The notes beneath the pieces are model-generated. The model made no database searches. It saw only the letters and a program-made list of their open reading frames with translations, and was not told the origin of the DNA. A program made the position numbers and the translations under genes. DNA of 64,000 bases from Camelus ferus (Eukaryota), in contig NC_045696.1 in assembly GCF_009834535.1 (NCBI RefSeq), forward strand, positions 69,070,001-69,134,000, in the 5' to 3' direction. This document shows, in pieces, positions 45,101 to 59,800 of the stretch; position 1 is the stretch's first letter, and each line of letters begins with the position of its first letter.

Positions 45101-46916
45101 CATTATTCACCCTGGGACCTTAGCATCTTTGTAATTTTTAGTGTCGCCACCGTGACAATGGGAAAAGCATTATTTACCTCCCAGAGTTCTTTTAAGAATT
45201 AAAGGGAAAAACAATGCAAACTAATGCTTCTTAAACTTGAATGTAGGTATGAATCCCCTGGGGATTGGGTTAAAATGCACCTTTTGATCAGGAGATAAGG
45301 AGTGGGATCTGAGACCTGCATTTCTCCCAAGCGCCTTGGATATAAGCAGAGCACCTCGGGCACACACTGAGGTGCACAGCTAGTGTTACTCTTTGGCAGG
45401 AACTGCATTTCACTAAGAGAGAGCCTACTGACTCATGGGACACTGACAATGTGCGAGAAGTGATAAAGAGGATTTCTGCTCTCCTTTCTACCGTAAAAAA
45501 GAGAGATCAGCACAGAAATGTTAGCCTTGTTATTTTAAAAAGACAGTCCCCCAACTCATTTAAGTAATAGGTCCTTTTCTACCCCAAAATATGGCTTTTT
45601 TAGAATGAGCAATTAGAAGGTAATTAGAATCATACCTTTGCAAGTGATTCACAGTTGACAGTAGGGTAAATTTTTTTCTCCCAAGGTACCACAAGAACGT
45701 CAGATTTACAGTTTAGAGTTTGCTATCCATGAAAACAGAAGCCAAAAGAGAGAACTGTGTTATTCATGAGATCCACAGACAAGTACAAAACATCAGATAT
45801 CTTTCCAGGTAGTTACAGTTGCATTACTACTCACGCCATGTTTATTGATCTCACAACTTTCGGTCAACTCTTCATTACTTTCCTTGGAACATGTGGTTTC
45901 TTTGGCTCTGAACACAATAGAATATTTCATTCCAGCCACCACCTGGAAAATTAATTAGCACAAAGTCAGAGCTTATTTAAAATTGTATAACAAATCATAT
46001 ATTTTACCCTAAGGGCTTCTAGGGGACAATATTGAAATTTTAATTATATGCTGACCAAATGAGGGTTATACCCCAAAAGCACAAATGTTTGACAAGAAAA
46101 CTTTCAGTCTGTATGCATGTCTAAAATATTTGGCTATTGGTTGGTCTCATTTTCTTTTCTAAATGGGAAAAGAAAAGCATGCTATAATTTTCATTTTTAT
46201 CTTTTTCTGAGTTTTATTGTTTAGCAGCTGCAAAATTCACTAGTAACTCAAGGGCTCAAGTCATAATAGAATTACGAAGAGCTTGAAGAAAAACTTAGAC
46301 AATTTATTTTATCTTTTGCTTGTTTGTTTTTTGGGGGCACCAGGAGAGGAAATTAGGTTTGTTTATTTATTTATTTATTTACTTATTTATTTATTTAATG
46401 GAGGTACTGGGGATTGAAACCAGGACCTCGTGCATGCTAAACACGCACTCTACCACTGAACTATACCCCCCTAGACAATTTCTTGAAACACACTTTGTCC
46501 TGCCAAAGCTTGAACAGAGAAATACTGAGTTAGTGCCACTGTAGAAATTGTGGATCAAATTATGTGATGAGGAAAATTATTTGGATTTTCTAGCTTGCTT
46601 CTGCTAGCTTTTTATATTAAGAAACTATTTTAATTTCTAGCAACAGTTTTAATCATCATGCAATGCTATCTTCCATTAAAATTTTGTGCCCCAATTTTTT
46701 TTTTTGTCCAGAAGAGGCACACTTTATCTACTTAAAAAGTAAGTCATTGTGTTTTTTTCAAAAACACTGACTTCAACAAAATCCCAAGCATAGTTTTTTA
46801 AAAGTCATATTTCTTACACACTTGAACAGTATACTTCATAAAAATGCTTTTAAATTACATGTACAAATATGGCCCAATTTCCAGGCCAAGTTAGTTAGTA
46901 TTTCATTCTAGGATTT

Positions 46917-46957
<41 letters not shown>

Positions 46958-49900
46958 GAACTGAATATATCCTCCCCAAATGCATATGTTGAAGCCCTAA
47001 CCTCCAAGGTGCTGGTACTAGGAGGTAGGGCCTTTGAGAGGCAATTAGGTTTAGATGAGGTTATGAGGATGGGGCCCCCTGATGGGATTAGTAAACTTAC
47101 AGAAGAGAAACAGAGACTAGAGGTCTCTCTTTCTCTGAAATGTAAAGACTCAGTGAGAAGGCAGCCATCTGCAAGCCAAGAAGAGAGCCCTCACCAGGGC
47201 AACACCAGGGTTTTTGGACTTCCCAGCCTGCAGAACTGTGAGAATAAACTCCTGTTGTTAAGTCATCCAGTCTATATTTCGTTATGATCACCAGAGCAGA
47301 CTAACACTGTGTGTGTGTGTGTGTGTAATACTATGTAGCTATCAAAAAGAATGTATTACACATATCTGTTGACCTAGAGGGTTGACCATTATTGAAAACA
47401 TGAAGTTCCAGGGTGATAGTATAATCCCATTTTTGTAAAAGCAAACTGCAACAGTCTTCCTTATCTCTTCATGATTTTTTTCTTTTTGTTTTTTTTAATT
47501 TTACTTTTTTGGGGGGGGTAATTAGGTTATTTATTTATTTATTTGTTTGTTTATTTATTTATTTTAGAGGAGATATTGGGAATTGAACCCAGGACTTTGT
47601 GCATGCTAAGCCTGTGCTCTACCACTTGAGCTATGCCCTCCCCCTTTTTTCATGTATATATATATATTTAATTTATTTATTTTTTAAACATGAAGAAAGT
47701 GTGGTGGGAGGAGGACGAGGGAGAGAAAACAGTCATAAGAAGAACTAAACTCCTCCTCTACCTTCTCTGGTATTGTTTTGCAGGGTAAACACAATAAAAT
47801 TTTTAAGATAAATTTGATAATAAACTTTTTAAACTCCAGCTGTGTATAAGTTGGGCAAGAAGGTTCTGAAAGGGTTTTAGGGTCTATACTTTGGTGATAA
47901 TGAATTTTCTTGCTACTTTCAGAGAATACCTTAATTCAGTTGTTTTTGATGCTCCCGTTGATCAATGTGATGTTGCCTAAGAAAGCTGACAATATATTGC
48001 AAACCATAGCTGTTGACGCAATTCTCTTTGGGGTCCAGAGGGGAGGAATAAAGCAGACCTAATACCATCTTCTGTTTGGGGGCCTCAGAATCACACCCCT
48101 ATTGCCATTCTTATCACGTGTCATTCTCATCAGAAGTCTTCCCTGTTTAAATCCATCCTGCCCAAGTTTTGTTTTTAAAGTGGAGAAGACTGTGTAGCAA
48201 TACAATTTCCAAATGTGTTAAAACATTTAAATTAAAGAAATAAAACAGGAATATAGAAATAATATTAATTGACTTTCAGGATGATAATCTTTCTTAGGTG
48301 AAAAGCACAGGAAATAAACCTAAAGGAAGGGGAAAATGTCTAAATTTGACTAGAAAAAAAGGAAAACTGATTGTCAAAAACCACAGTAACCAAAGTAAGA
48401 ATGCAAACTGGGAAAAATATGAGGTAGGGTCAATATTCTTACACATATCAAGCCTGACACTAAAAATAAAAGGACAAAGGACATAAACAGATCTTGCAGA
48501 GAAGTTAAAATGGTCATTAATCCTGAAAAAGAGTTTACTTTCATTAATAATCAAGGATATGCATGCATCAAAAAAACAATGCAACATGATTTTTAACCTT
48601 GCACACTGGCAAAGATGAAAAACAGTGATAGCCCCTTGTGCTGGCCAGATGTGGGAAGTATCACTGCTGGTAGGAATATAGTTCAGACCAAGCCCATTAC
48701 CCAGTGTCTTATACCTAGGCAGTGTGAATGTAAATTGGAATAATTGCAAGTAATTTGGTGATTCGTCAGTTTGCATCAAAAGTCTTAGACTGATGCAAAT
48801 CCCCAGTGCCTCCATTAAAAAACAAAAACAAAAGAATTAAAAAGAACTCCTCACAAAGATACTTTAAAATTGCTGCCTTAGTATTCCATTGTATGGATAT
48901 GCTAGACATTATGTGATCATTTTTATATTATTGATCATTTGGACAGCTGATCATTTTTTTTTTTTTTTGCTTCTATAGTTAAAGCGGCAATGAATATAAT
49001 TCTGTTTAAAGACTCCTTCTATTTTAATTTCTAGAAATTCAATTACTGAGCCCAAACTATGAACTTTTTCAAATGAGATTTTTTTCATAGATTACAAAGA
49101 TCATGTTGGTTTGCTGTAATAGTTTGGTTCTCTTTTGATTACTTTTCATTAGCTTGTATTTGGGGAAGCCGGTTTTGAGGTCCTGTAATAAGAATGTGTC
49201 CGTGAATACGTCTGTCATATGTGGTTGGAGTTGGAAGGGATTTGGGCTGTTCTAACCCAGCCACTTGCTTTACAGATGGGGCCACAAAGGCTAAGTGAAT
49301 CTGAATGACTGCCCAGGGTCACCCAGGATACAAGTGGCTGAGGCTGTAGCAGAGCTGGGTCTCCTGACCTCCAGACCAGATACTCCTTATCCTCTGTTGA
49401 CAGGTATGGAAAGAGAGATGAACCCTCAGAGGGTACATTTGTCGGAGGGAATGGCATCCCAGGCAGGGAACAAATGACATGAAGATGAGTGTGTGAAGAG
49501 GGTCTGGGTGATAACTGGCTGATGTGGCTGAGACTAACACACTAAGTGACGCTACAATGAGTGATGAGTCTAGAAAGGCAGAGGATAAGTCTTGCTTTTC
49601 CTAGCCCTGAATTTTATTAATTAGATAATAGTTGCTCATATTTATATAGCACTTTGGAGTTTGAAAAGTGATTGACATACATTGTCTTATGTGATCCTCC
49701 CTGTAATCCTTTACAGATAGAAAATGGAAAAAATGCTTTAAAAGACTTGCCTGAGATCACACACCAGAAGTGCACTGATGTTGGGACTTGAAATTCAAAT
49801 CTACCGGATCCCGTTTACCAGGTACACAGTTTCCCAATTCAGAGCCAAGATCAGTGGCCAAACTAGTAAGCAATTTGCCATAGACTATAATATCACTATT

Positions 49901-52900
49901 TTTGTAGTATGATTTACAGACCTGTGCTGTTGCTTTTTCCACGAAGTCAATCTTGAAATAGAAATTTCCATTATTCTCTGCATTAAGCTTTGCAATAGAG
50001 TGATTCAGAGCCTCCTCCAGCTCTGGGCTGTCGACAGGTATAACTGTGGGGCAGCCAGGGCAAATCTTGCCAGGTGGTTGTACAAAATCCTCCCCTGAAA
50101 GAGGCAGGTTTACATCAGCTTGTGCACTGAAGGAGTCGTCTAGCCTAGTACCTTTCCCAGCATCCATTTATAGAGGGCCATGTGGCAGCCCAAGGCCCAG
50201 CAGTAAACAGGTGAAGGTTGTATGTCAGGCTTTTACTGTCTCTCCTCTTTTCCTCCCCAAACTTTCCTCTGATTGGAAGTTTCCCTAAAATGTGTCTAGG
50301 GAAACTTTAAATTAGAAAGTGTTAGTGCCTCAATCAATAAGCCACACTTTTCCTAAGTTTTTATATTTTTGATGGAAGCTGTAAAAAGCAAGGCTTAACA
50401 TAAAGGAATGATTTTCTAGTGGGGAAATAGTAAATCCTGAGATTCTGTTGAGCAGGCAGCTTCAGTGATGCTTCATATCATGCAATGTAGACAACTATCT
50501 TCCAAGTATTCCATGTATGAGAAAAGCCAACGCTTGGTATAACAAATACTGACTGGACCTTAAGCTTGCATTCCTCCCCCACCCCCTGCCCCATTAGAAC
50601 ATGCAAGAAAAATAATCTTTAATTGAAAGGATTTTATTGTCAGTAGTTAAAAATGAGATACTGCTTCCCTAATTTATAATACCTGATGCAGACACACCTT
50701 GAATACAAGCTGACATACTGAAGGCCAACTTTGCCCAGAAAATAGAAATTCTCCCTTCTCTCACCATATTCTGTTCTGGGCACTTGCAGAGCAGTCTCAG
50801 CTGCACCTGCTGTAGCACAGGGGGGCAGAGATGGGGGACGGTGTTCTTCGTAAGGTCTGGGGTCATATAGACTTCATGGCACATCATGAGAACCAAAGCA
50901 CTGTTTCTATGGAAAGACCTAGCCAGTTGTCTGGGACCCACATGCACTATCAGAGAACTAACGTGAGTTATCCCATACCTGGATAAAGGTTACATTTCTG
51001 TGACAAGGAAGCAATTCTTAGCTGAGGATCCACATGTGCTTTATCTGTACATTCACCAATATCCTGGTTTTTAAAAAGCATATAAGAGTATATATTAGGA
51101 ACATTTTTAAAGAACCTTTAAAGTAAACGACTAGTAAAATTAAAAATAAGATGTTGGCTCTGCAAATCATCACATAGAACAAACCAATACAATGCATAAT
51201 CTAATTGCAAAAGAGAGAATAAGAAACAACAAGGGAGTAGCATCAACAACAACAAATACACACACACAAGCACACAGACATGAAATGAGATGCCAAGAAT
51301 ATGTAGTGCAGAAATAAAAATCATATAAGTGAATGGGTAACATTTTCTTTTAGCAAGGCAAAGACTTTCAGATTAAGTTAAGGACAAAATCAAAGTATTA
51401 CATCTTCAAGAATAACAGTGTATAATAAAAAAGATAAAGAAAGATTACACATAACGGATGAGCAAAGCTATATGAAACAAATATGAACAAAAATGGAGCT
51501 AGAATATTATTGATATTGGACAAAGTAAAATTCAAGGTAACAAAAAACTCATAAAGGTAGAAGAAAGATAATTTTATTTTTATCTAGAAGCATGGAATCA
51601 AAATGCATAAAGCAGAAAATATATGAATAGAAATGGACATAAATAATTGTGGTGGGAAAGTCTAGTATACAATTATTATACAACAGGCAAAATAGATAAA
51701 AAAATAAATAAGATCATAGAAGACATGACTAACATGATAAGGATTAATTTCTATTAATAAAATGCCAAAATTAACATCTTGGTGTCTGAATTTCTCATTT
51801 TCTTCCCATATAATAGAATTCAAGAAGTAGAATGACTAGATTAAAGGGCTGGCAGCCACTTCTTGCTGAAGCACAGCCTTCTGCTAAAACACACGTATGC
51901 CTGGGAGGATCAATATGCCTTAGCCATCTCAACATGCGCTAACTCCTGCCACCCGGAGACGCTCTCTTTTAAAGTAATTTTGGTTCATATAAGTAAGAGA
52001 GAGAATCCAGATGTGTTTATTAAAGGTAGGGAAGGGAAGGCGAGAAAACCAGCAGAGACAAGTTGGAAGTGAGGGACAGTCCCAGGAAGAGCTCGGGAAC
52101 CCCATAAGGATGTTGAGCACGTAGGGAGGAAAAGGAGGTAGGAAAATGTGAAGACATGAAAAGACAAACTTGACTGTGGCATCATTTTGTCTCAGGCTAT
52201 TCCTAGTCCCTGGTTAGATCTGTAAATGCTTATTGCCAGATGTGCTGATTCTCCCACTAGGTGGGTAAGCACCTTGACCGGTGATGTGAACTTCAGATGG
52301 CCAAGTAAATGTGAATATGAACTGGTGACTGTCATCCCCAATTTTAGTGACCGAGTCTTCCACCACAGCTGAGAGTTCCCACACTTGGGAATACTGGGCA
52401 TGAAAAGCTAAGAACTTTATAATTAGATTTTTGCCTACTTACAGCATTGGAAAGGGACTTGCAGTCTGGAGTTAAGAATAGAAAATTCTCCTTGGAACAA
52501 TTAGTTTGCACAATTGAGTAAGTAATTTCATAGTTCCATCCAGCCACCACCTGAAACGATTTGGGATTGAATCCCAAAAGGGCAGTTTAAACATTATGTA
52601 CAGTGTTAGGAGGAGCTTAGAATACTGCCTGGCATTTCATAAGTGCTCAGATATGTGGACTATGATTATTACTAGGCAAAAGTCATTACCTGAATAAATA
52701 TTGAGCACATTATGACTCCCACACCCTTCAACACAGCACATACACAAACATACATTCACACACACATTGCTACACATCTGAAAACAAAAAGCAATTTATA
52801 AGATAGAGTTACTCTATCTCCTTAAGTAAGACCTAGCAGTATTTCCTCTGCCAGGTAGCAGGAAAAAAATGATCTGTTGAATTTTGTGAAATATTAATAA

Positions 52901-55900
52901 TGCTTTTCTAGGTGGATAAAGAAAACTTTGAAGCTAGAGTGGCCTTTACCACTAGGTTCCCAGACTGCCAGGCAGTAAGATTTCTCCTGCTTTATCTGGG
53001 GAGGGTCCCACCCTGATAGCTGGGTATGGACAGAACTGAGTAGAACATAATCTTTCATGAAGGCAAGTTGGAAGTCCAGTTAAAAGCAGAGGAATGCAAC
53101 AGACCTAAGGGGGCCACTCATAATTAGATGTTGAAATCCAAAGGGTCCAGTCAACTGTCGGTAAAGGCTTCATGAACTGAGGCAATAAGAAGACCAGATT
53201 TATAAGTATTTACTTTTTCTTCTGATGATACAGAAACTATAATTTAGAGGATACCTAGCAAGCCGTGCCATCCTTTGTAGGTACAATTTAATATTTGGGG
53301 CAATGTTTGCCTCATGATAGCTAGGAGATGATAGTCTTCTTAAAACCCTAAGGCCAGAATAACTTTTCCATTCCACCATCTCTAGGAAGAACATGGAATT
53401 CTGACCACTCGTTCACTAAAAACAAATCTCAAAGGAGGGGGTCTGGTTAGTCTCCCTTTCCACCTTAACAGATCACAGTATTCGAATCACTTTGCCTAAA
53501 GAGAAAGTCTGCCTCCAGAGCTAGTCGTTTGAGAACATGGAAGAATTCCCTCTCACTTGCCATGGAATCATACTTTTTTTCCAGCCAATGGTTTATTTTA
53601 GGTAATGAAACCCTAAGCCAAAAAGATCTAACCAATTTTAACATTACAATGAGAAATGAAAAATTAAAGAACAAACCTGTCTCAAGGCGCTTTTTACTTC
53701 TCCAAGATCAAAGAGGTGCGAATGATCAGTATTGTTGTTAAAATGTTGAATGGCGTGTTTCAGAATGGGTTCCAACTCAGGGTTCGTGGTTGATATGGGG
53801 TGTTCGCAGCCAAGACAGTCATACTGGGTGGTCACCACAGGGCCCTCGGCTTGACAAAGAGCAGGCAAAAGGACAGCATTAATGAGCGAAACTTGCATTC
53901 AGATACATTGCCCTGAGTAAGTAAGATAATTTGCATGGCCCTGATACCCAAACTCTCCAGTAAATCCTAGTATGCACCAGAAAAAGAACACAAGACTGCT
54001 TCTGAGTTGGAGGGAGAAACCTATGATTCACCTAGGGACATCTTCCATACGTACCATTGTGCGTAATTATTTTAAATTTATTTCAAAGTCATCTTCCATG
54101 ACAGAAGTGATACATGAATTTATCCTCAAAAAAATTAAAACATTACAGTTATATTATTTCTTTTTCAGTGTTAATTAAAGTTCCTTGAAGCCTGGCTCAG
54201 GGTATAATATGTTTGGTATCAATTCCAGTCCAGCAAACATGTATTTTGCATGCCTTGAGCTGAGCTAGGCTGAGTGGATACATTTATTCCTGAGTCGTGG
54301 CCACCGCCGTGAAGGAGTCGAGCAAAGTCGAGTGGGAGAGACAGATCTGATGATGGATCATTTCAATGTAATTCGGCAAGAGCTTGGAAAGGCAGAAGCC
54401 CAGAGTGAGCCCCAGGAAGACTTTCCTGGGGAGAAGAGGCTGAGCTAGGAAGGGTGAAGAATGGTCAAGGTCAGCCTCACAATCCCAGGTGTGAAGCCTG
54501 AGAAGAAGGATGGATGGCTCCTGAGGAAGCAGGGTGAGTCAGGGACAGTGGTGTGGGACATGGTGTACACACATCTTACCAGAGCTTCATGGGGAGGGAA
54601 GGGTGATCTGAGGTCTGAGCAGTCACAGGAGAGTCTTCTGCTGGGAAGCCTAGGCAGGGATTACCGTCTTTCAAGGTCACGGGCTCCCTGGAGACTCTGA
54701 TGTAAGCTATGGCACCCCCTCCCCCCAGGAAAGTGCAGTACTCACAACTTTCTCCACTTAATTTGGGGGATTCCTAGACCCTCTGAAGTGAATGAAGAAT
54801 GGGAAGCCACTGAAGGGGTTTTAATAAAACAATATATTGCTCCGGCAATTCTGGATCTTTTGTGATTCCACATAAATTTTAGGATTATTTGTTCTAGTTC
54901 TGTGAAAAATTTCCTGGGTAATTTGATAGGGATCGCATTAAATCTGTAGATTGCTTTAGGTAGTATGGCCGTTTTAACACTCATTCTTCTAATCCAAGAC
55001 CATGAGATAGCTTTCCATTTCTTTAAATCATCTTTTATTTCCTTAATCAGTGTTTTGTAGTTCTTAGCATAGAAGTCTTTCATCTCCTTGGTCAGGTTTA
55101 TTCCTAAGTATTTTATTTTTTTGGATGTGATTTCAAAAGGGATTGTTTCTTTCCTTTCCTTTCCTTGGTAACTTATGGTTACCATGGGGGAAAGGAAGTG
55201 GGGAGGGATTAATTGGGAGTTTGAAATTTGCCGATACTACTATGTATAAAACAGATATACAACAAGGTTATACTGCATAGCACAGGGGACTATCTTCAAT
55301 ATCTTGTAGTAACCTATAGTGAAAAAGAAAATGAAAAGGAACATATGTGTGTATATGTATGACTGAAACATTATGCTCTACGCTGGAAATTGACACATTG
55401 TAAACTGACTATACTTCAATTAAAAAAATGTAAAATATATTTTTAAAAGAGTGAGTCTGTATCAGATTGTGAAGTAATGTTCATAACAGGCAGCCCTGAC
55501 CTGCAACACCTGTGGCGCAAAATGGGAAGTACTGAAGGAGTCCTAAGCCCCTTGGCCCCGGGGCGCTCACTACCGCAGGATGTAAGATCCCAACAGGATC
55601 AGGAAGCCAGTCGAGCTCTGCATGACTGCCCTCCTGTCAGCAGTTCCACACAACCCCCCTGGCAATGGCTTCTCGGCTTTCTCTCCCTAAGTATGTGTGT
55701 CAGGAAAAGATTTACTTGGTGGATATTCATAGCTTTCCCCTCTCCTTTCCTTGTAGCTTTGAGGTTGAATCGGGGTAATGCGCAAAATTAAAGAACTAGA
55801 GGGGCTCCCGTAGGAAAGGTGAGGAAGAACAACAACAACAACAAAAAAAGATGAACACAGGAGGTGAAAGGGGAGATGAGAAAAGACCCAAGGCTGGGTT

Positions 55901-56820
55901 GCCCGACCTCAAGGGCAGCGCCCACTGGAGTAAGAGGAGAGATGCAGCAGCCTTTTGAGGGTGAGAGGAGCAGGGAAAGAGGCAAACTCAGTTGTGTGAG
56001 GGGTGACAGAATGACTTCCCACCCTGCCCCAACATGTCTAGGAAGATGTTTTTAAAATTAAAATAAAGATTTTATATTTTGAATTCCAAAACACATCTGG
56101 CCAGAAAGGTTTCAGATAAGGGATTGTGGACCCAGTGGTAATTTCTGAAGTCATGGCACAGAGTCTTTTCTCTCATAGTCCATAAGCACTGTGCTCTGGA
56201 TAATGTTAAAATTTGCTTACTAGATGGAGTTCTTAAACTGAATAATAAAAAGCTACTCCTATTCCCTGGCCTCCCTCCAAAAGATTTTAATTACTTGTAA
56301 TCTCTTTTCTGTTTTGGACTGTTTTTCTTTGAATGCAACTTCTTGCAAGAGCAGGAACTTAAGGGATGTAGTTTTTGTGGGTTCCATCTAGACGATTAAG
56401 GCCGGAATAGAACAGTTAACGCTGTGGGGAGGTTCAATAGTGTGGCTAAAGATGCCGTTCTGGAGCTCACACACTAAAACCCTATCCTGCAGAAGGCCAA
56501 CTCCAGGATGGCTTTGTGACTGACATCACCTAGCTGTGCCCATTCTTCTGTGCCTGGTGCCCCTGCCACAAGAGTGAATGAGCTAATAGGGATTATATCT
56601 GTTGATAAGTTGCTCCATACTTCAGTTCCAAAGGAATTTTGTTTGTGGAGAGCCAACTTTATCAACTCTGCTAATTACTAGCTATGGGGTCACAGGCAAG
56701 ATACTTAACTGCTGTGGGCCTCAGTTTCCTCATCTGTGAACTGGGGACTTCTTTTTTAATTGAAGTATAGTTGATTTACAATGTTGCATTAGTTTCTGGC
56801 ATACAGCATAGTGATTCAGT

Positions 56821-56865
<45 letters not shown>

Positions 56866-59800
56866 TATATATATTCTTTTTCATTATAGGTTACTACAAG
56901 ATATTGAATATAGTTCCCGTTAATATACAGTAGGACCTTGTTTATCTATTTTATACATAGTATTTAGTATCTGCAAAGCCCAAACTCCTAATTTATCCCT
57001 CCCCCCTTTTCCCTGCCAGAAACCACAGGTTTGTTTTCTATGTTGTGAGTCCTTTTCTGTTTTGTAAATAAGCTCACTTGTGCCATATTTTTTAGATTCC
57101 GTGTATAAGTGATATCATATGATATTTGTCTTTCTCTGTCTGGCTTACTTCACTTAGTGCGATAATCTCTAGGTCCATCTACATTGCTGCAAATGGCATT
57201 ACTTCATTCATTTTTATGTTTGAGCAGTATTCTATTGTATATATATATATACACACCACATGTTCTTTACTTATCTGTTGGTGGACATTTAGGTTGTTTT
57301 CATATCTTGGCTATTATAAATAGTGCTGCTAAGAACATTGGGGTGCATATATCTTTTCGAACTAGAGTTCCCTCCAGATATATGCCCAGGAGTGGGATTG
57401 CTGGATCATATGGTAAGTCTATTTTTAGTTTTTAAAGTAATCTTCATACTGTTTTCCACAGTGGCTGCACCAAAACTACATTCCCACCAATAGTGTAGGA
57501 AGGCCCCCTTTTCTCCACACCCTCTCTAGCATTAATTGTTTGTGGATTTTTTAATGATGGCCATTCTGACTGGTGTGAGGTGATATCTCATTGTAGTTTT
57601 AATTTATATTTCTCTGATAATTAGCAATACTGAGCATCTTTTCATGTGGCTATTGGCCATCTGTATGTCTTCATTGGAGAAATGTCTGCTTAGGTCTTCT
57701 GCCCATTTTTTTTTCTGCCTGTTTTTTTCTTTTTTCTTTTTTAATGAACTGGAGATATTAATACTTGCCACATAGGGTTGTTGTGAGGATTAAAGTTAAC
57801 ACAGGTGAAGCGATTAGAACTTTGGCTGGCAATAACTGCTCAAGAAATGTTAGCTATCATTACTTTTATCCTGATTATCATTAATGCTCTACTATGCTTA
57901 CATCTTCAGGTGAATCATCTAGTTCATTCTACAAAAAAGCCTGCAAAATGGAAATTACTGTGATCTCCTTTTACAGGTAAGGAAAAAGGAAAGTCAAGGA
58001 GGGGAACAGCTTTGAAAGATTCCAGACCAGATCTGACCTCAAGGTTTGTGCTTTCCCCCCAACTAGGGTGGTGCCTGAAATTGAAGCCAGTTCTGTGCCT
58101 TTTGCATACACCTATTACAGTGCTGCTCTTGAGGAAGAGAATCAGGACAGCGCCAAAGCGATGACTAACATGAGCCTGGCCCCAGCCTCAGGACTCTGCT
58201 GTTCCACCCCTCCAGCGCCCCCACAAGGCTGTAAATGGCATCACAACTGCTACCCTCCCGGAGGGCTGCGTCTTTGGCGCCACACACAGTAAAGTGTCAT
58301 TTTCCACCCAGAGCAGTGCCACCAGACACATCAGCTACCTGGAGTAATCTGGCAGGTCTGGGTAGCCACGGAGAACTTCATATTCTTTCTCTTTGCCACT
58401 GTCACTGTGCATTCTCCTGTGGCCTAAGAAGGAAAAAAAAGAGAGAGACTATTTATCTTAATTTTCAGACGAAATCCACCCAGTACTATTGCTAACTCTG
58501 GCTTTGCTTCTTTAAAATTTGTCAAGATTTTTTTTTTCTAACAGTTTCAAGACGTGAGAATGAATGTTTTGCAGCCTACCATAATTTTATACAAACCGCT
58601 GATATTCATGAGATTTTGGAGGAGTGGTAGGATAAATGGTGAGGTTTTAAAATATGAGTCTTTGTTTTGAGCCCTGGGGATATTTTTCTCCAGGATGTAC
58701 ACCAGCCTGTTAAACTCTCCTCTTAATTTACCTTTCGACGTCAATGTTCAAACTGTGACCAGAGCAGGACTTGTGGGGCCTTCCAGGGTCAGACCCCTCC
58801 CCCATATCCTCCGCTGTAGCTCCTCTCTGAAGAACCCAGGTAATCTTATCTCAAGTATATTTCCTGAGTTTTTCACATGCTAAAAGCCACCAAAGGGAAG
58901 AAATTAACTACTTGATGATCCAGAGCACTTGGCCTCCAGAGCTTCTGGCGCCTGGGGGCTGATATTGTTGATCACCCTATTCCCTCAGCATCAACCAGAG
59001 AACTGTGCATGAGCGGATCAGTACCCTGCAACCCACCTCCCTCACCTGGCCTTTAAATTGTTTTGTTGAAACCCTTCAGGGAGTTCGGGGTTTTCTTGGG
59101 CTTGAGCCATCCCATTTTTCTTGCTCCGTCCTGCGATAAACTTTTCTCTGCCCCAAACTCATGTTTCAGTTTGTTTGGCCTCATGGTGCATCCGGCACAC
59201 AAATCTGCCTTTGGTAACAAAACTGCATCCAAGGTGCCAGTGTTCTGACTCCCTGGACTGTGAAGAGGGTGGCTTGCTTCCTGGCAGATACCATCACAGC
59301 CTCCCTTAATTAAGTCCAAATAATCAGCTGTGCTGTGCCACACAGGTTAGACATTTGGTTAGGACAGCCAGTGTTATTAAAGCAAGGCCCTTTGCATAAC
59401 GGATCTCATTTCTTCCTCCAACTACCTGATGAAGTCAACTTTCTCTCTCTTTATGAGCGAGCTCACAGGTTCTGAGTGGTCAGCTAGTTGGAGGTAGAGC
59501 AGGGTTGGCACTCAGGCCCACGCAGTTGAAGCATCCACACTCTCCCTCACCAGCTCAGCCCAGATCTCAGCCCAGGTATCGAACTATTGTCTCTCTGGCG
59601 TCTGGCCCACATGTCCCAGTTGGTCATTGGAGTCCTTTTCTTATGGGAGGGCTTTCTCCATGTTTAACTGCTGGCCTCTCCATGCCCCTTCTGTGTGTGT
59701 GAGGATGCAGACATCAGGTGTCTGACTGTTCCACACAGTTGAGGGTTCACATGCGTCCCTCACAAACAGCTCCACGTATCAGTCACCCCCACCACTGGCG

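Noticed and set aside
48294..48815. 173-aa minus-strand ORF in KNG1 intron 7
   Set aside because: Overlaps decayed L1 sequence, has low-complexity hydrophobic composition and no recognisable domain.
54742..55185. 147-aa ORF as a gene
   Set aside because: Fragment of L1 ORF2; the ORFs at 8455-8709 and 57126-57435 are also L1-derived.
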